Below are positions 9,612-20,178 of a stretch of DNA of 64,000 nucleotides, piece by piece. Position 1 is the stretch's first letter, and each line of letters opens with the position of its first letter. The DNA is from Pseudomonadota bacterium (GTDB lineage Bacteria > Bdellovibrionota > UBA1018 > CAIMNF01): positions 229,975 through 293,974 of the forward strand of contig JAIXWV010000020.1 in assembly GCA_027491115.1 (NCBI GenBank), written 5' to 3'. Below the pieces are notes generated by a model. That model was not told the DNA's origin and searched no databases. It worked only from the letters and a program-made list of their open reading frames with translations. The position numbers were made by a program, and so were the translations under genes.

Positions 9612-10787
9612 TTAATCCTCTTTCACCCATTCCTGCAAGACATCCTCGTCAAAAACATGGTGCGTGCAGAGTCGGAACCCGGCGCCCGGCCCAGACTCCA
9701 GCCACTCCCTTTCAGAGAGTCGGTCGAACTTCTGTACCCCGGTGAACACGTGCGCCGCATCAAAAACTCCGCACCCGGCGAGAGTCCGGAGGAGGCGGGC
9801 GCCTCCCTCGACCATCACACTCTGGAGGGGCTTCTGAAACGGAAGGGATTCAAGGGTTGCCCTGAAGACGGCCCCGAGCTCGGGAGAATCCGGATCGGAC
9901 TCCATCCCCACAAAAACCGTTCCGTGTTGCCTGGCCTCGGGGATTCGGTCCCGACAAACCAAGACCTGGAAACCCACCAGCTCAGAGTCGGGAAGCTTCA
10001 ACAACTCGCCTTTCGGATCAAAGACCACGCGCTCGGGTTGCCGCTGCCTCGGAAGAGCGCAATCCCGGACGGTCAGGGCCGGACGGTCGAGCAAAAAGGT
10101 TCGAGCTCCGACCACCAGTGCATCGTACTTCTGCCGGAGCCAATGCGTGTAGGCCCGAGAATGCGCATGGGTGATCCACTTCGAGTTCCCGTCAACGTCT
10201 GCCAAGTGACCCGAAGGCATCCGCGCCCACTTGGCTACCCAGACGGTTTTTTTCAAACCTCGTGTCTTGATGAACGGAAACAGGAGGGCTCGCACCTCGG
10301 CCTCCAGCACTCCGGCATCCACCCGGATGCCCGAAGCCGCGAGCCGACGCAACCCCTCCCCGCTTACTCGAGGATCCGGATCACCTGCTGCGACCACGAC
10401 CCGGGAAATCCCCCTGCCCGGGAACAAGTCCGAACAAGGGGGCTGGAATCCGGTGTGCGAACACGGCTCCAGCGTGACAAAGACTTCGGCTCCCTCGAGA
10501 TTCACGTCCGAAGGCAGGGCACCGAAGGCCATGCGCTCGGCATGGGGATGCTTCCACGCCTGGGTGAACCCACGCGCCAGTTCGCGACCGTTCTTGACGA
10601 TCACGCAGCCCACGCCGGGATTCGGCGACGAGATCCCCACCGAGTTCATCGACTCGATCAAGGCTTGCTCCATCCAGAATTCGTCGGTGCCGGCCGGAAA
10701 GCACGAGTCTACCCGCTCGGACAAGGTCCGGTCGATTCTTCCTGACAGTCCGAATCCGGGGCGCAAAGGCATCCACTGCATTGGCAC
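9612..10787 (-). CDS. ribD: bifunctional riboflavin biosynthesis deaminase/reductase RibD
   Basis: CMP/dCMP-type zinc deaminase motifs (HAERMA...PCSHTG) followed by a RibD_C reductase domain. The true start is probably about 30-40 codons inside this ORF. Confidence 0.85.
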   Translation of the reverse strand: MPMQWMPLRPGFGLSGRIDRTLSERVDSCFPAGTDEFWMEQALIESMNSVGISSPNPGVGCVIVKNGRELARGFTQAWKHPHAERMAFGALPSDVNLEGAEVFVTLEPCSHTGFQPPCSDLFPGRGISRVVVAAGDPDPRVSGEGLRRLAASGIRVDAGVLEAEVRALLFPFIKTRGLKKTVWVAKWARMPSGHLADVDGNSKWITHAHSRAYTHWLRQKYDALVVGARTFLLDRPALTVRDCALPRQRQPERVVFDPKGELLKLPDSELVGFQVLVCRDRIPEARQHGTVFVGMESDPDSPELGAVFRATLESLPFQKPLQSVMVEGGARLLRTLAGCGVFDAAHVFTGVQKFDRLSEREWLESGPGAGFRLCTHHVFDEDVLQEWVKED

Positions 10788-10834
10788 AAGAATCGCAACC
10801 TCATCAGGTCAACACAACCTAAAAAGGAGGAATC

Positions 10835-11215
10835 ATGAGAGACATCAATCGAGTCATGTTACTGGGAAGGATCGGCAATGATCCAGTGGTGAGACAAACC
10901 AAGACCGGCATTCCCGTGGCCAATTTCAGCCTGGCGACCGAGTTCTGGAACCGAACCAAAAATGAGGGGGAAACCACCTGGCACCGGATTGTGGCTTGGG
11001 GCCGTCCAGCCGAATTGGCTGAACAAGAACTCAAAAAAGGAATGCCCTTGTTGGTCGAGGGAGGCATCCGGGTCAGGAAATACGAAGACGAAGAAGGTGA
11101 AGTCCATTACCTGCACGAAGTCCATGCGGAACAGCTTCACTTTTTGCACTCGAAACCGAAACTTGAAGCCACCGGCGACACACCTCCGGTTGAAGAAGGC
11201 GCTTCAGCGAGCTAA
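10835..11215 (+). CDS. ssb: single-stranded DNA-binding protein
   Basis: OB-fold SSB N-terminus (RVMLLGRIGNDPVVRQTKTGIPVANFSLA...WHRIVAWG); strong RBS AAAGGAGG upstream. The C-terminus lacks the canonical acidic D-D-D-I-P-F tip. Confidence 0.8.
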   Translation: MRDINRVMLLGRIGNDPVVRQTKTGIPVANFSLATEFWNRTKNEGETTWHRIVAWGRPAELAEQELKKGMPLLVEGGIRVRKYEDEEGEVHYLHEVHAEQLHFLHSKPKLEATGDTPPVEEGASAS

Positions 11216-11614
11216 ACGAACCAAGTCACCGATCATCACCGTCTGGGGCAGGAGCGAAACCTCCTGCTCCAGCGAAACAAAGCGATCCACCCGGGCGATG
11301 GCCGTCTTCTCGTCTGCATGGATGACCTTGATCCGACCGACCGGAATCACGTGTTCTCCACCGACCTTTTCAGAGAGGATATCAAAGCTGACAATCTTCC
11401 GGTAAACATCGAGTACCGAGCCTTTTTTCACGCCCTGGTTGCTTCCCATGTTCACAAAAATCTCTTTGGGCGGGGGGCGGTCCGATTCTCCGAGGTCCAC
11501 GGCACGGAAGACCTCATAGACACTGTAATCTGCGGCTAAGGCACGCAGGGGCATGACCATCTCCAGGATGCATGCGAATCCAATCAGGGCGGCAATTCCA
11601 AATTTGCTCTTCAT
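11204..11614 (-). CDS. hypothetical secreted protein
   Basis: Signal peptide MKSKFGIAALIGFACILEMVMPLRALA. Start placed at the internal Met of the longer ORF. Confidence 0.4.
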   Translation of the reverse strand: MKSKFGIAALIGFACILEMVMPLRALAADYSVYEVFRAVDLGESDRPPPKEIFVNMGSNQGVKKGSVLDVYRKIVSFDILSEKVGGEHVIPVGRIKVIHADEKTAIARVDRFVSLEQEVSLLPQTVMIGDLVRLAR

Positions 11615-11746
11615 GTTTCCTCTCCATGAGGCGTAACGATTTCTGCCGCATCCCTGGCAACACTTCGGGCGTCCTTGCCCATTCACTCATCGGGTCCGGA
11701 AGGACACGGCTTGAGTGTTTAAATCGTTCTCAAGGAAGAAACTGCG

Positions 11747-14413
11747 TCAACTTTTTGACAGCTTCTGAAGAACCAGCTCGCGCGCCGCGGCAATCGCCTG
11801 ATCAAGCTTCGAGGCATCCGCTCCACCGGCCTGTGCAAAATCGGGCTTCCCGCCACCCTTGCCACCGAAAACACCGGCTGAGTTCTTGATGATCTCGCCC
11901 GCATTCACTCCGAGCACCTTGGCACCGACCGCAACCACCAGGAAGGGCTTCTCGCCTGATTCACCGATTTCGCGGATCCCGAGCAAGGTCACCGAGGCCG
12001 GATCCTTCTGCTTGATCCGGTCTGCCATCTCGCGGAGCTTCTTCATGCCTTCTCCCGACGGGGCGGCCTGACCGGCCACCACTCGAACCCCCGAGTGGGT
12101 GCTCGCAGATTGAAGCAGGGTCTCGATCTCCACCCCTTGCTGGGCGGCTTCGAGTTTCTCGATGTGCTTCTTGAGTTCGCGGGTTTCGTCAAACAGTCGT
12201 TCGACCTTGGTCGGAATCTCATCCACATGGGAGGCCTTCAGTTGATCCCGGAGGGACTTGAGCTTTCCGTCTTGTTCGCGCAAGAACTGGAAAGCGCCCT
12301 TCGAGGTGTAGGCGATGATCCGCCTGACCCCGGCTGCAATACCGGCTTCAGACGCGATTTTGAAAAGGTGAATATCCGAGCTCTGATCGACATGGGTGCC
12401 GCCACAAAGCTCTGTCGAGTAATCCCCGACCTGCACGACCCGAACCTGGTCTCCATATTTTTCGCCGAAGAACGCGATGGCTCCGGAGGCGATCGCCTCA
12501 TCCTTGCTCATGACCTGTTTCTTGACCCGATCTGCACTCCAGACCTTGGCATTGATCAGATCTTCTACCCGGGCGAGCTCGTCTGGCCTCATCGCCTCGA
12601 AGTGAGAGAAATCAAATCTCAGAAGTTCAGGCGTCACAAGTGAACCCGCTTGCTTGACGTGGTTTCCAAGCACCGAGCGGAGGGCCCACTGGAGCATGTG
12701 AGTCGCCGTGTGGTTGCGTGCGGTGAGGGCACGGATCTCGTCGCTCACCTTTTGAACCGCACGATCGCCCACTTTCAGAATTCCTTTTTGCACCTTCAGG
12801 TGCGCCACGATCAACTCCGGCACCGGGCGCTTCACGTCGACCACTTCAGCCGAGAATTCTCCGGCGGTCACCGTTCCGCGATCGCCCACCTGGCCCCCGG
12901 ATTCGCCGTAGAACGGGGTCTTCGAGAACACCGCCAGCAGCAGATCCGAACCGTCTTCGCCTTTGGCCGGCATGACGGCCAGGGTCTCGCCCTCGGCCTG
13001 AAGCTGCTCGTAACCCACGAACTCGGGGAGCTTGCCGGATTTCTTGAGCGTGTCGACGAGGGTGAACCATTCGGCCTCGAGGACCTGGTCTCCGGTACCC
13101 TTCCAATGTTTGCGCGACTCTTCGCGCTGCTTTTCCATGGCAGTCTCGAAGCCATTTTCGTCCACCGTGATGCTGCGCTCGTCACAGATGGTGCGAGTCA
13201 GATCGAGAGGAAATCCGTAGGTGTCATAGAGCGTGAAGGCGACCGCACCCGGAAGTGTTTTACTCGAGCCGAGTTTTTTCAGCTCTTCGTCGAGGAGGCC
13301 CAGACCCCGGTCAAGCGTCTTGAAGAACTGCTCTTCTTCGGCGAGCACGGCACGCTCGATGAAGGTGCGCTTCTCGATCAGATCGGGATAGGCGTCTTTC
13401 ATCTGTTCGATCACAAATCCGCAAGCCTTGTGGAGGAACGGCCCTTCGAATCCGAGCTTGCGACCGTGACGGATCGCCCGCCGCATGATCCGGCGGAGCA
13501 CATACCCGCGACCTTCGTTCGAAGGCATGACGCCGTCTCCGATCAAGAAGGTCGTGGCGCGAGCATGGTCGGCCACCACACGAAAGGAGAACACGCTTTC
13601 GTCTTTCGATTTCGGATCGTATTTCTTGCCGGCGAGCTTGGAGGTTTTGGCAATGATGTCGACAAAAATGTCGGTGTCGTAGTTGGTCTCGACATCCTGG
13701 AGGATCGACGCCAGGCGCTCGAGTCCCGCGCCCGTGTCGACTGAGGGCTTCGGAAGCGGATTCAGTTTGCCGGTTGCATCGCGGTCGTACTGCATGAACA
13801 CGAGGTTCCAGAACTCCATATAGCGGTCGCAATCACAACCCATCTTGCAGGTGGGTTTACCGCAGCCGTATTTCTCACCCCGGTCGATGAAGAGCTCGGT
13901 GCAGGGGCCGCAAGGGCCGGTGTCGCCCATCGACCAGAAGTTGTCTTTTTCGCCGAAACGGTAAATGCGATCGAGCGGCACACCTTCTTGTTTGTGCCAG
14001 ATTTCGGCTGCCTCGTCGTCGGTCTCGAACACGGTCACGTAGAGCTTGTCTTTCGGGAGCTTGAGCTCCTTCGTGACCAACTCCCAGGCGAAGTGGATCG
14101 CGTCTTTTTTGAAGTAATCTCCGAACGAGAAATTCCCAAGCATCTCGAAGAAGGTGTGGTGGCGCGCGGTGAAGCCGACATTTTCGAGGTCGTTGTGCTT
14201 GCCGCCGGCCCGAACACATTTTTGGGAGGTTGAGGCGCGGGTGTAGGAACGCGGGTCCTTCCCGAGAAATACGTCCTTGAACTGGACCATGCCGGCCGTG
14301 GTGAACATGAGGGTCGGGTCGTTCGATGGAACCAGAGATGAACTCTCGAGGACCGTGTGGCCGTTTTTCTTGAAATAATCGAGGAAGATCTTACGAATCT
14401 GTGCGCCTGTCAT
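11747..14413 (-). CDS. alaS: alanine--tRNA ligase
   Basis: 888 aa with a class II AlaRS catalytic core (e.g. FTTAGMVQFK, FEMLGNFSFGDYFK), editing-domain motifs and a C-terminal DHHA1-like end. Confidence 0.95.
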   Translation of the reverse strand: MTGAQIRKIFLDYFKKNGHTVLESSSLVPSNDPTLMFTTAGMVQFKDVFLGKDPRSYTRASTSQKCVRAGGKHNDLENVGFTARHHTFFEMLGNFSFGDYFKKDAIHFAWELVTKELKLPKDKLYVTVFETDDEAAEIWHKQEGVPLDRIYRFGEKDNFWSMGDTGPCGPCTELFIDRGEKYGCGKPTCKMGCDCDRYMEFWNLVFMQYDRDATGKLNPLPKPSVDTGAGLERLASILQDVETNYDTDIFVDIIAKTSKLAGKKYDPKSKDESVFSFRVVADHARATTFLIGDGVMPSNEGRGYVLRRIMRRAIRHGRKLGFEGPFLHKACGFVIEQMKDAYPDLIEKRTFIERAVLAEEEQFFKTLDRGLGLLDEELKKLGSSKTLPGAVAFTLYDTYGFPLDLTRTICDERSITVDENGFETAMEKQREESRKHWKGTGDQVLEAEWFTLVDTLKKSGKLPEFVGYEQLQAEGETLAVMPAKGEDGSDLLLAVFSKTPFYGESGGQVGDRGTVTAGEFSAEVVDVKRPVPELIVAHLKVQKGILKVGDRAVQKVSDEIRALTARNHTATHMLQWALRSVLGNHVKQAGSLVTPELLRFDFSHFEAMRPDELARVEDLINAKVWSADRVKKQVMSKDEAIASGAIAFFGEKYGDQVRVVQVGDYSTELCGGTHVDQSSDIHLFKIASEAGIAAGVRRIIAYTSKGAFQFLREQDGKLKSLRDQLKASHVDEIPTKVERLFDETRELKKHIEKLEAAQQGVEIETLLQSASTHSGVRVVAGQAAPSGEGMKKLREMADRIKQKDPASVTLLGIREIGESGEKPFLVVAVGAKVLGVNAGEIIKNSAGVFGGKGGGKPDFAQAGGADASKLDQAIAAARELVLQKLSKS

Positions 14414-14455
14414 AGGCCTTAGACGCTACCGAAGTCAGGCCCTGAGTGGCAAGAC

Positions 14456-15136
14456 TCAACGCACCCTGCCAATCAAAAGATTGAGCACCCGTCCGGTCTT
14501 GTTCTCCTGGAGCTCGGGCCGGATCCGGATTCCCTTGGCGGCGATGAACCGCTGAAGCGCGGCCAGGGTAGCCTCCGCGCGCGCTGTTTCCACACGTGCC
14601 GACACCTCGAGGGTCATGCAGGCTCCGCCCGTTTCGCGGGTCCGAGACCAGCGCTCGAGAGAAATCTTCTTGCCCTCTTGCTCCCACTTCCAGCGCTCGC
14701 TCTCGATCTCTACCCGATTCCGGGCATCCGGCTTCTCCGGAGTCAATCTCGCCAACCAAGCGAGCTGCTCACGAGTGAATTGTCGGCCCTCCACCTTGAA
14801 AGACCAGGTGGTGACCCGGGACTTGAGAGTCCAATCGCCTTCACTCTCGATTCCGGGACCCGCAGGAGGATTCTCCGCGGTGGGCGTGCGTGGGCGGAAT
14901 TTCACGGTCACATCGTTGTGGTCTCCGGTCCGCTTGCGAAGGATGACTCCTGCCTTCAAAAAAGGCAGACCGCGCTTTTCAAAAAAAGTGAGGTGGTCGG
15001 TTTTCGGTTCCTTCACGACTTGGAGCCGCTCGAAGTCCGAGCAGTCGAGCCCGATCTTGACCTCGGTTTCTGCAGGTGCAGCATCGGCACTGGCGGCCGC
15101 CATCCATAAAGCAAGACTCAACCCCAGAAGACCCAT
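14456..15136 (-). CDS. hypothetical secreted protein
   Basis: Signal peptide MGLLGLSLALWMAAASADA; no recognised motif. Confidence 0.4.
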   Translation of the reverse strand: MGLLGLSLALWMAAASADAAPAETEVKIGLDCSDFERLQVVKEPKTDHLTFFEKRGLPFLKAGVILRKRTGDHNDVTVKFRPRTPTAENPPAGPGIESEGDWTLKSRVTTWSFKVEGRQFTREQLAWLARLTPEKPDARNRVEIESERWKWEQEGKKISLERWSRTRETGGACMTLEVSARVETARAEATLAALQRFIAAKGIRIRPELQENKTGRVLNLLIGRVR

Positions 15137-15202
15137 CCCTCGATTGTAGCCCAGGATTGCCTGCTTGCCCACCCCCACACCCTCGGCTAAACTGGGTTCA
15201 CT

Positions 15203-15670
15203 ATGAGCGCACTACCCACTCCGGCATTGTTGATTTACTTCAAGGATTACGAACAGTACCACCGTACGAAGGGTAACAAAATGACCCACATCCTCGGCAT
15301 CCCGGGCGTGCTGTTCAGTTTGCTCGGGCTCCTCGCCCAGGTGGTACTCTGGTCACCGGCCGAGGGATCCTTTTGGACTCTCGATCTGGGCGTGATCCTC
15401 CTTTTGGCCGGGGCCTTGTTCTCACTGAAAGTGGATTGGAAGCTCGGCATCCCGTTCACGCTTTTTGCGGTGATCAATTATTTCCTCGCCCGACTCCTTC
15501 CGATGCCGGCCCTGGTGGTCATTCAAATCCTGTCCTGGGTGCTCCAGCTGGTCGGGCATTATTTTTATGAAAAAAAGTCTCCTGCGTTTTTGACCTCGCT
15601 CGAACACCTGTTCATCGGACCCATGTGGATTTTTTCGTTTTTCATCGGTTACTACAAGCCGAGCACCTGA
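15203..15670 (+). CDS. DUF962/Mpo1-like small membrane protein
   Basis: About 155 aa with the YxxYHxxxxN N-terminal motif context and 3-4 TM helices. Confidence 0.4.
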   Translation: MSALPTPALLIYFKDYEQYHRTKGNKMTHILGIPGVLFSLLGLLAQVVLWSPAEGSFWTLDLGVILLLAGALFSLKVDWKLGIPFTLFAVINYFLARLLPMPALVVIQILSWVLQLVGHYFYEKKSPAFLTSLEHLFIGPMWIFSFFIGYYKPST

Positions 15671-16603
15671 ATGAAGCGCCTGTGGCCGCTCTTGCTCCTG
15701 CTCCCGGCTTGTGACTTTCATTGCAGTCCGGCGGCGGGCCCACTGCCCACGTTCGATGGTGATCACGCGCATGAGCTGATTCTCCAGTACGAGAAACTCG
15801 GTCCGAAACCCGCCGGGAGTGACGCCCTCGCACGGACCACAGGTTGGATCCGACAAGAGCTCGAATCCTCGGGAGCGAAAGTCCTCGTTCAGGAAGTGAA
15901 AGTGAAGCCTCCGGTGGGTCCTGAAGTCACCGCCCGCAATGTGATCGGGCAGTTCGACCCCGAAAAAAAGGAGCGCGTGCTGCTCTCCGCTCACTACGAC
16001 ACCCGCCCCTTCGCAGACGAGGAGTCCGACCCGAAGAAGCAAAAGCAGGCCGTCCCCGGTGTGAACGACGGAGGCAGTGGCACGGCTCTTCTTCTTGAGT
16101 TGGCTCGCGCACTCAAGACCTCGCGCCCGAAAGTGGGAGTGGATCTGCTTTTTTTGGACGCCGAGGATGCCGGATTGCCCCACGAAGCCAACAGCTACTG
16201 TTTGGGTACACAAGCCTGGGCCAAGAACCCGGTACCTGCAGGTTATCGAGCCCGATTTGGAATCAATTTTGACATGGTCGGTCGAATCGGGGCGGTTTTC
16301 CCGGTCGAAGGGCACTCCGGCACCCGGGCCGCCTCCGTGGTGGCAAAGGTCCACGCAGCGGCCAGAGACCTCGGACTTTCGGATTATTTTCCTGCTCAAC
16401 GTGCCGGATTCGTGATCGATGATCACGTGTACCTGATGGACGGACTCGGCATCCCGGTCATGGACATCATCCACCTTTCTCCTGAGGGCAGATTCCCTCC
16501 CGAGTGGCACACCCTTCGTGACACCTCCGAATTCATTTCCCGCGACACCTTGAAGGCGGTGGGTCAGGTGACGCTCCGGGTTTTGTGGTCTGAGGAGTTT
16601 TGA
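15671..16603 (+). CDS. M28-family aminopeptidase (lipoprotein)
   Basis: Signal/lipobox LLPAC; M28 metal-binding motifs [32 protein letters not shown]. Confidence 0.7.
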   Translation: MKRLWPLLLLLPACDFHCSPAAGPLPTFDGDHAHELILQYEKLGPKPAGSDALARTTGWIRQELESSGAKVLVQEVKVKPPVGPEVTARNVIGQFDPEKKERVLLSAHYDTRPFADEESDPKKQKQAVPGVNDGGSGTALLLELARALKTSRPKVGVDLLFLDAEDAGLPHEANSYCLGTQAWAKNPVPAGYRARFGINFDMVGRIGAVFPVEGHSGTRAASVVAKVHAAARDLGLSDYFPAQRAGFVIDDHVYLMDGLGIPVMDIIHLSPEGRFPPEWHTLRDTSEFISRDTLKAVGQVTLRVLWSEEF

Positions 16604-16635
16604 GGAACCGGCACCCCTGTGCTACCCTGCTCTGC

Positions 16636-17973
16636 ATGACTGATTCTAAGGAACTCACCAGCTTCCAAGACCTCGTTTCTCTTTGCAAACGTCGCGGGTT
16701 CATCTTCCCGTCGTCCGAAATTTATGGGGGCTTGGGCTCCTGCTGGGATTACGGCCCCCTCGGAGTCGAACTGAAGCTCAACATCAAGGAGTCCTGGTGG
16801 CGCGCCATGACCGACCGGGATGATGTCGAAGGTCTCGATGCCTCGATCCTCATGCATCCCCGCACTTGGGAAGCTTCGGGCCATGTCGAAGGATTCGTTG
16901 ATCCTCTCGTCGACTGCAAGACCTGCAAGGGCCGCTTCCGTGCCGACAAGCTCGAGCACGCGAACTGCGGTAAGAAGTCCTCGATGCGTCCGGGCCAGCA
17001 CGGTGAGTGTCAGCTGACCGAGCCGCGCCAGTTCAACCTCATGTTCAAGACCTTCATGGGTCCACTCGAAGACACCGCCAGCGTGGTGTACCTCCGCCCG
17101 GAAACGGCGCAGGGGATTTTCGTGAACTTCGAAAACGTCCAGCAAAGCTCCCGCCAGAAGATCCCGTTCGGGATCGCCCAAATCGGAAAAGCCTTCCGTA
17201 ACGAGATCACTCCCGGGAACTTCATTTTCCGCACGCGCGAGTTCGAACAGATGGAGATGCAGTTCTTCGTGAAGCCCGGAACCGACATGGAGTGGTTCGA
17301 GAATTGGAAGCAGACCCGCATCGACTGGCACCTTTCCAACGGCTTGCGTCGCTCGAAGCTCCGCTTCCACGAGCACGGGCCGAAGGAACTCGCCCACTAT
17401 GCGCGGGCGGCCTTTGATGTCGAGTACGAGTTCCCGATCGGCTGGCAGGAAATCGAGGGCGTTCACAACCGCTCCGATTTCGATCTGCGTCGTCACCAGG
17501 AGTTCTCGGGCAAGAAGTGCGAGTACTTCGAAGAGTCCACCAAAGAGAAGTTCATCCCCTATGTGATCGAGACCTCCGTAGGCTGTGACCGCGCCCTGCT
17601 CGCCACCCTTTGCGACGCTTATCGCGTCGAAGGTGAGCGCACGGTACTGAAGCTGCATCCGAAGCTCGCGCCCTACAAGGTCGCCGTATTCCCTCTCATG
17701 AAGAAGCCAGAGCTCCTCGAGATGACCGACAAGGTCTACGCCGAGATGAAGCGGAACTTCCGCGCCACTTACGACGAGGGCGGAACCATCGGGAAGCGTT
17801 ACCGCCGTCAGGACGAAATCGGAACGCCGTTCTGCGTGACCGTCGACTACGACGGACTCACGGATCAGACCGTGACCGTGCGTGAGCGCGACGGCATGAC
17901 CCAGGAGCGGATCCCGGCCGAGAAGCTGACTGCGTACATCCGTGACAAGATGGGCGCCTGGAAGTCGGAGTGA
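16636..17973 (+). CDS. glyQS: glycine--tRNA ligase (alpha2 GlyQS type)
   Basis: N-terminus ...[34 protein letters not shown], class II motifs, C-terminal anticodon-binding domain. Start set at MTDSKEL. Confidence 0.9.
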   Translation: MTDSKELTSFQDLVSLCKRRGFIFPSSEIYGGLGSCWDYGPLGVELKLNIKESWWRAMTDRDDVEGLDASILMHPRTWEASGHVEGFVDPLVDCKTCKGRFRADKLEHANCGKKSSMRPGQHGECQLTEPRQFNLMFKTFMGPLEDTASVVYLRPETAQGIFVNFENVQQSSRQKIPFGIAQIGKAFRNEITPGNFIFRTREFEQMEMQFFVKPGTDMEWFENWKQTRIDWHLSNGLRRSKLRFHEHGPKELAHYARAAFDVEYEFPIGWQEIEGVHNRSDFDLRRHQEFSGKKCEYFEESTKEKFIPYVIETSVGCDRALLATLCDAYRVEGERTVLKLHPKLAPYKVAVFPLMKKPELLEMTDKVYAEMKRNFRATYDEGGTIGKRYRRQDEIGTPFCVTVDYDGLTDQTVTVRERDGMTQERIPAEKLTAYIRDKMGAWKSE

Positions 17974-18002
17974 TCAGGGGCTCTTTTTCAGGAGCCCGAA
18001 AT

Positions 18003-19157
18003 TCAGCTGCTCACCCGGCGCCGCAAGGTCCTTTGGTAAATCTCGAGCAAGCGTCCGGTGCGATGACCCCGGTCGAAATTCTCACGGGCATATTGCACGG
18101 AACGCTGGCCCATTTTTTTCAGCTGCTCGGGATCTTCGAGGAGAATACGGAGTTTCCTTTGCAGATCGAAGGAATCGCCCGATCTCATGAGCAATCCGCT
18201 CTGGGAGTTTCCGGTCCACTCCATCGAATCAGGGCCGGCCGCACAGATGATCGGAGTTCCCATGGCCAGGGCCTCGATCGCCTGAAGTCCGAACATCGCC
18301 TTACTGGAGGGCAGGACATACACATCGAGCGATCCGAGAACCTTCGGAATGGACTCTTCGGCCGGTGCGAGGATGATCGACTCTTGCAAGTGAAATTGCC
18401 GAATGAGGTCGATGAGTTCCTCGTTTCCGTCGTGTTCGAATCCGACGATCACAAACTTGGTCCGCGCGGCCAGATCTTCATTCCGTAGAAAGGACGCGGC
18501 CGCCTTGATGAACGCGGCCTGCGCTTTCTTGTACTCACGGGAGGCGATCATTCCCACGACGTAATGAGACGATTCGATTCCCCATTTGCTCCGGAGGATC
18601 TTGAAGTCAAAATGATCGGGATTGAAGATATTGAAATCGAGTCCCGGGTGCACCACGCGAATCTTGCTAGCCAGAATAGGTCGCATCAGGGCCACGCGCT
18701 TTCTCAGGGTCGAGGTCGGGACCAACAATGCATCTATACGCGAGTAAAACAGGGACTGGAAAAAGTGGCGCAAGCGTTTCTGCACATTCGGTCCCTCACT
18801 AACAATGAGAGGCACGTCCGAAAACTTCAGCATCCAAGGCAGGATCGATCCCAAGTGATCGGTGTCGCAGCAATGAACGATCTTCACTTTGAACCGACCG
18901 ATCTCCATGTTCAAGAACTCAAGCAGGTTCCAATCAAGATTCTTGCGGGGAACCTGCTTCAAGGTTTCGACCCGGTCCGGGGCCAAAAGTTCGAGACGCC
19001 GATGAATCTCGGAATCCTGGATGCAGATGGCCCGCCAGGGGAGAGCTCGCCCGTGGAGCTCACACAGGTCCTCGAGGGCGAGCTGTTCGTCCTCCCCGAA
19101 TTTCCCGTTCAAAAACAAAAACAGAACCAGAGGGAGTTCAGGATTCAAGGAAGCCAC
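18003..19157 (-). CDS. glycosyltransferase family 4 (GT-B), probably LPS core
   Basis: GT1/GT4 C-terminal signature region (...LPSSKAMFGLQAIEALAMGTPII...). Confidence 0.7.
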   Translation of the reverse strand: MASLNPELPLVLFLFLNGKFGEDEQLALEDLCELHGRALPWRAICIQDSEIHRRLELLAPDRVETLKQVPRKNLDWNLLEFLNMEIGRFKVKIVHCCDTDHLGSILPWMLKFSDVPLIVSEGPNVQKRLRHFFQSLFYSRIDALLVPTSTLRKRVALMRPILASKIRVVHPGLDFNIFNPDHFDFKILRSKWGIESSHYVVGMIASREYKKAQAAFIKAAASFLRNEDLAARTKFVIVGFEHDGNEELIDLIRQFHLQESIILAPAEESIPKVLGSLDVYVLPSSKAMFGLQAIEALAMGTPIICAAGPDSMEWTGNSQSGLLMRSGDSFDLQRKLRILLEDPEQLKKMGQRSVQYARENFDRGHRTGRLLEIYQRTLRRRVSS

Positions 19158-20178
19158 TTTCGATCTCCTCCAATACGTGGGCTGGGTGGATTCCCTTCAA
19201 GCAGGCGTTTTTCCGATGATCATCGAATTTACAGAGATTCCGTTCACAAGGCCAGCACTCCACCGGATTCACCTTCACTTGAACGGCGCCAGGTCCGATG
19301 GGCTTGGTTCGACGCGGATCGGCCGCACCACAAACGATCTGCACCCGACTTCCACACAGGGCGGCGACATGAGCCAGACCAGATTCGTTGCACACTGTGA
19401 ATCGAGCTGCACGGAACAGCTTCCAGTGTGCGGCGACCCAGCCTTTTCCGGTATAATCCTCGATTTGAACTCCGCGTCTGAACAAGGCACCCGCAATCGC
19501 TTTCTCGGCAGCACCTCCCACCACCACGGCTTTCAAACCGTGTCGCGCCATGAGGGATTCAATGAGATCGGCGAATTGCTCGGGAGTCCAGCGACGAGAA
19601 TCAGCCGTCGCACCGGGAGCCACAATGAAGTAAGCACCCTCAGGGGGCTCAATGGGTTCGATTTCAGGCCAATGGATGTAGGGATCGAATGACCACTCTC
19701 CACTCCGATGCCAGTACTCCTGACCTTCGAAATCCGGTGTGGGTCCGGGTAAGAGGCCCAGATAAGCTTGAGCCCGGTGTGTGGAGCTATCCTGAGGGAA
19801 TTGGATCCGCTCTTGAAGCAAAAATCCACGTGCATCGGCATCGTAGCCACGCCGAACCCGGACTCCCGCAAATGCCATCATGAGAGCAGCACCGAAGGAA
19901 TTCGGAAGACTGATCCCAAGATCCCAGGGGCCTTTCTTTCTCAAAAAGACCGAAAACGCGATCAGGTTCCAGATCGTTTTGAAAATCGAATCTCCCTTTC
20001 TCCTCGGCAAAACCACTACCTCATCGACGGCACCCTTGAACTGGATGTCCTTCACCCATTCGGTGCAAACGACCGAGATCCAGGCGCCGGGATAACGCGC
20101 CCGGAGCGTGCGGTAAAAGGGATAGGCCATGATCTGATCGCCGATCCAATTCGGCGCCCGAACCAGAATGCGCTTCAT
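19138..20178 (-). CDS. ADP-heptose:LPS heptosyltransferase (GT9)
   Basis: MKRILVRAPNWIGDQIMAYPFYRTLR... heptosyltransferase N-terminus; GT9 fold. Confidence 0.75.
   Translation of the reverse strand: MKRILVRAPNWIGDQIMAYPFYRTLRARYPGAWISVVCTEWVKDIQFKGAVDEVVVLPRRKGDSIFKTIWNLIAFSVFLRKKGPWDLGISLPNSFGAALMMAFAGVRVRRGYDADARGFLLQERIQFPQDSSTHRAQAYLGLLPGPTPDFEGQEYWHRSGEWSFDPYIHWPEIEPIEPPEGAYFIVAPGATADSRRWTPEQFADLIESLMARHGLKAVVVGGAAEKAIAGALFRRGVQIEDYTGKGWVAAHWKLFRAARFTVCNESGLAHVAALCGSRVQIVCGAADPRRTKPIGPGAVQVKVNPVECWPCERNLCKFDDHRKNACLKGIHPAHVLEEIESGFLES

Noticed and set aside
17976-18000. A GGGCTC-tttttcag-GAGCCC hairpin between the convergent glyQS and GT4 genes, as a bidirectional intrinsic terminator.
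   Set aside because: The 6-bp stem is real, but no U-tract follows it on either strand; the T-run is in the loop. It is a weak or non-canonical terminator at best, so I did not list it as a feature.
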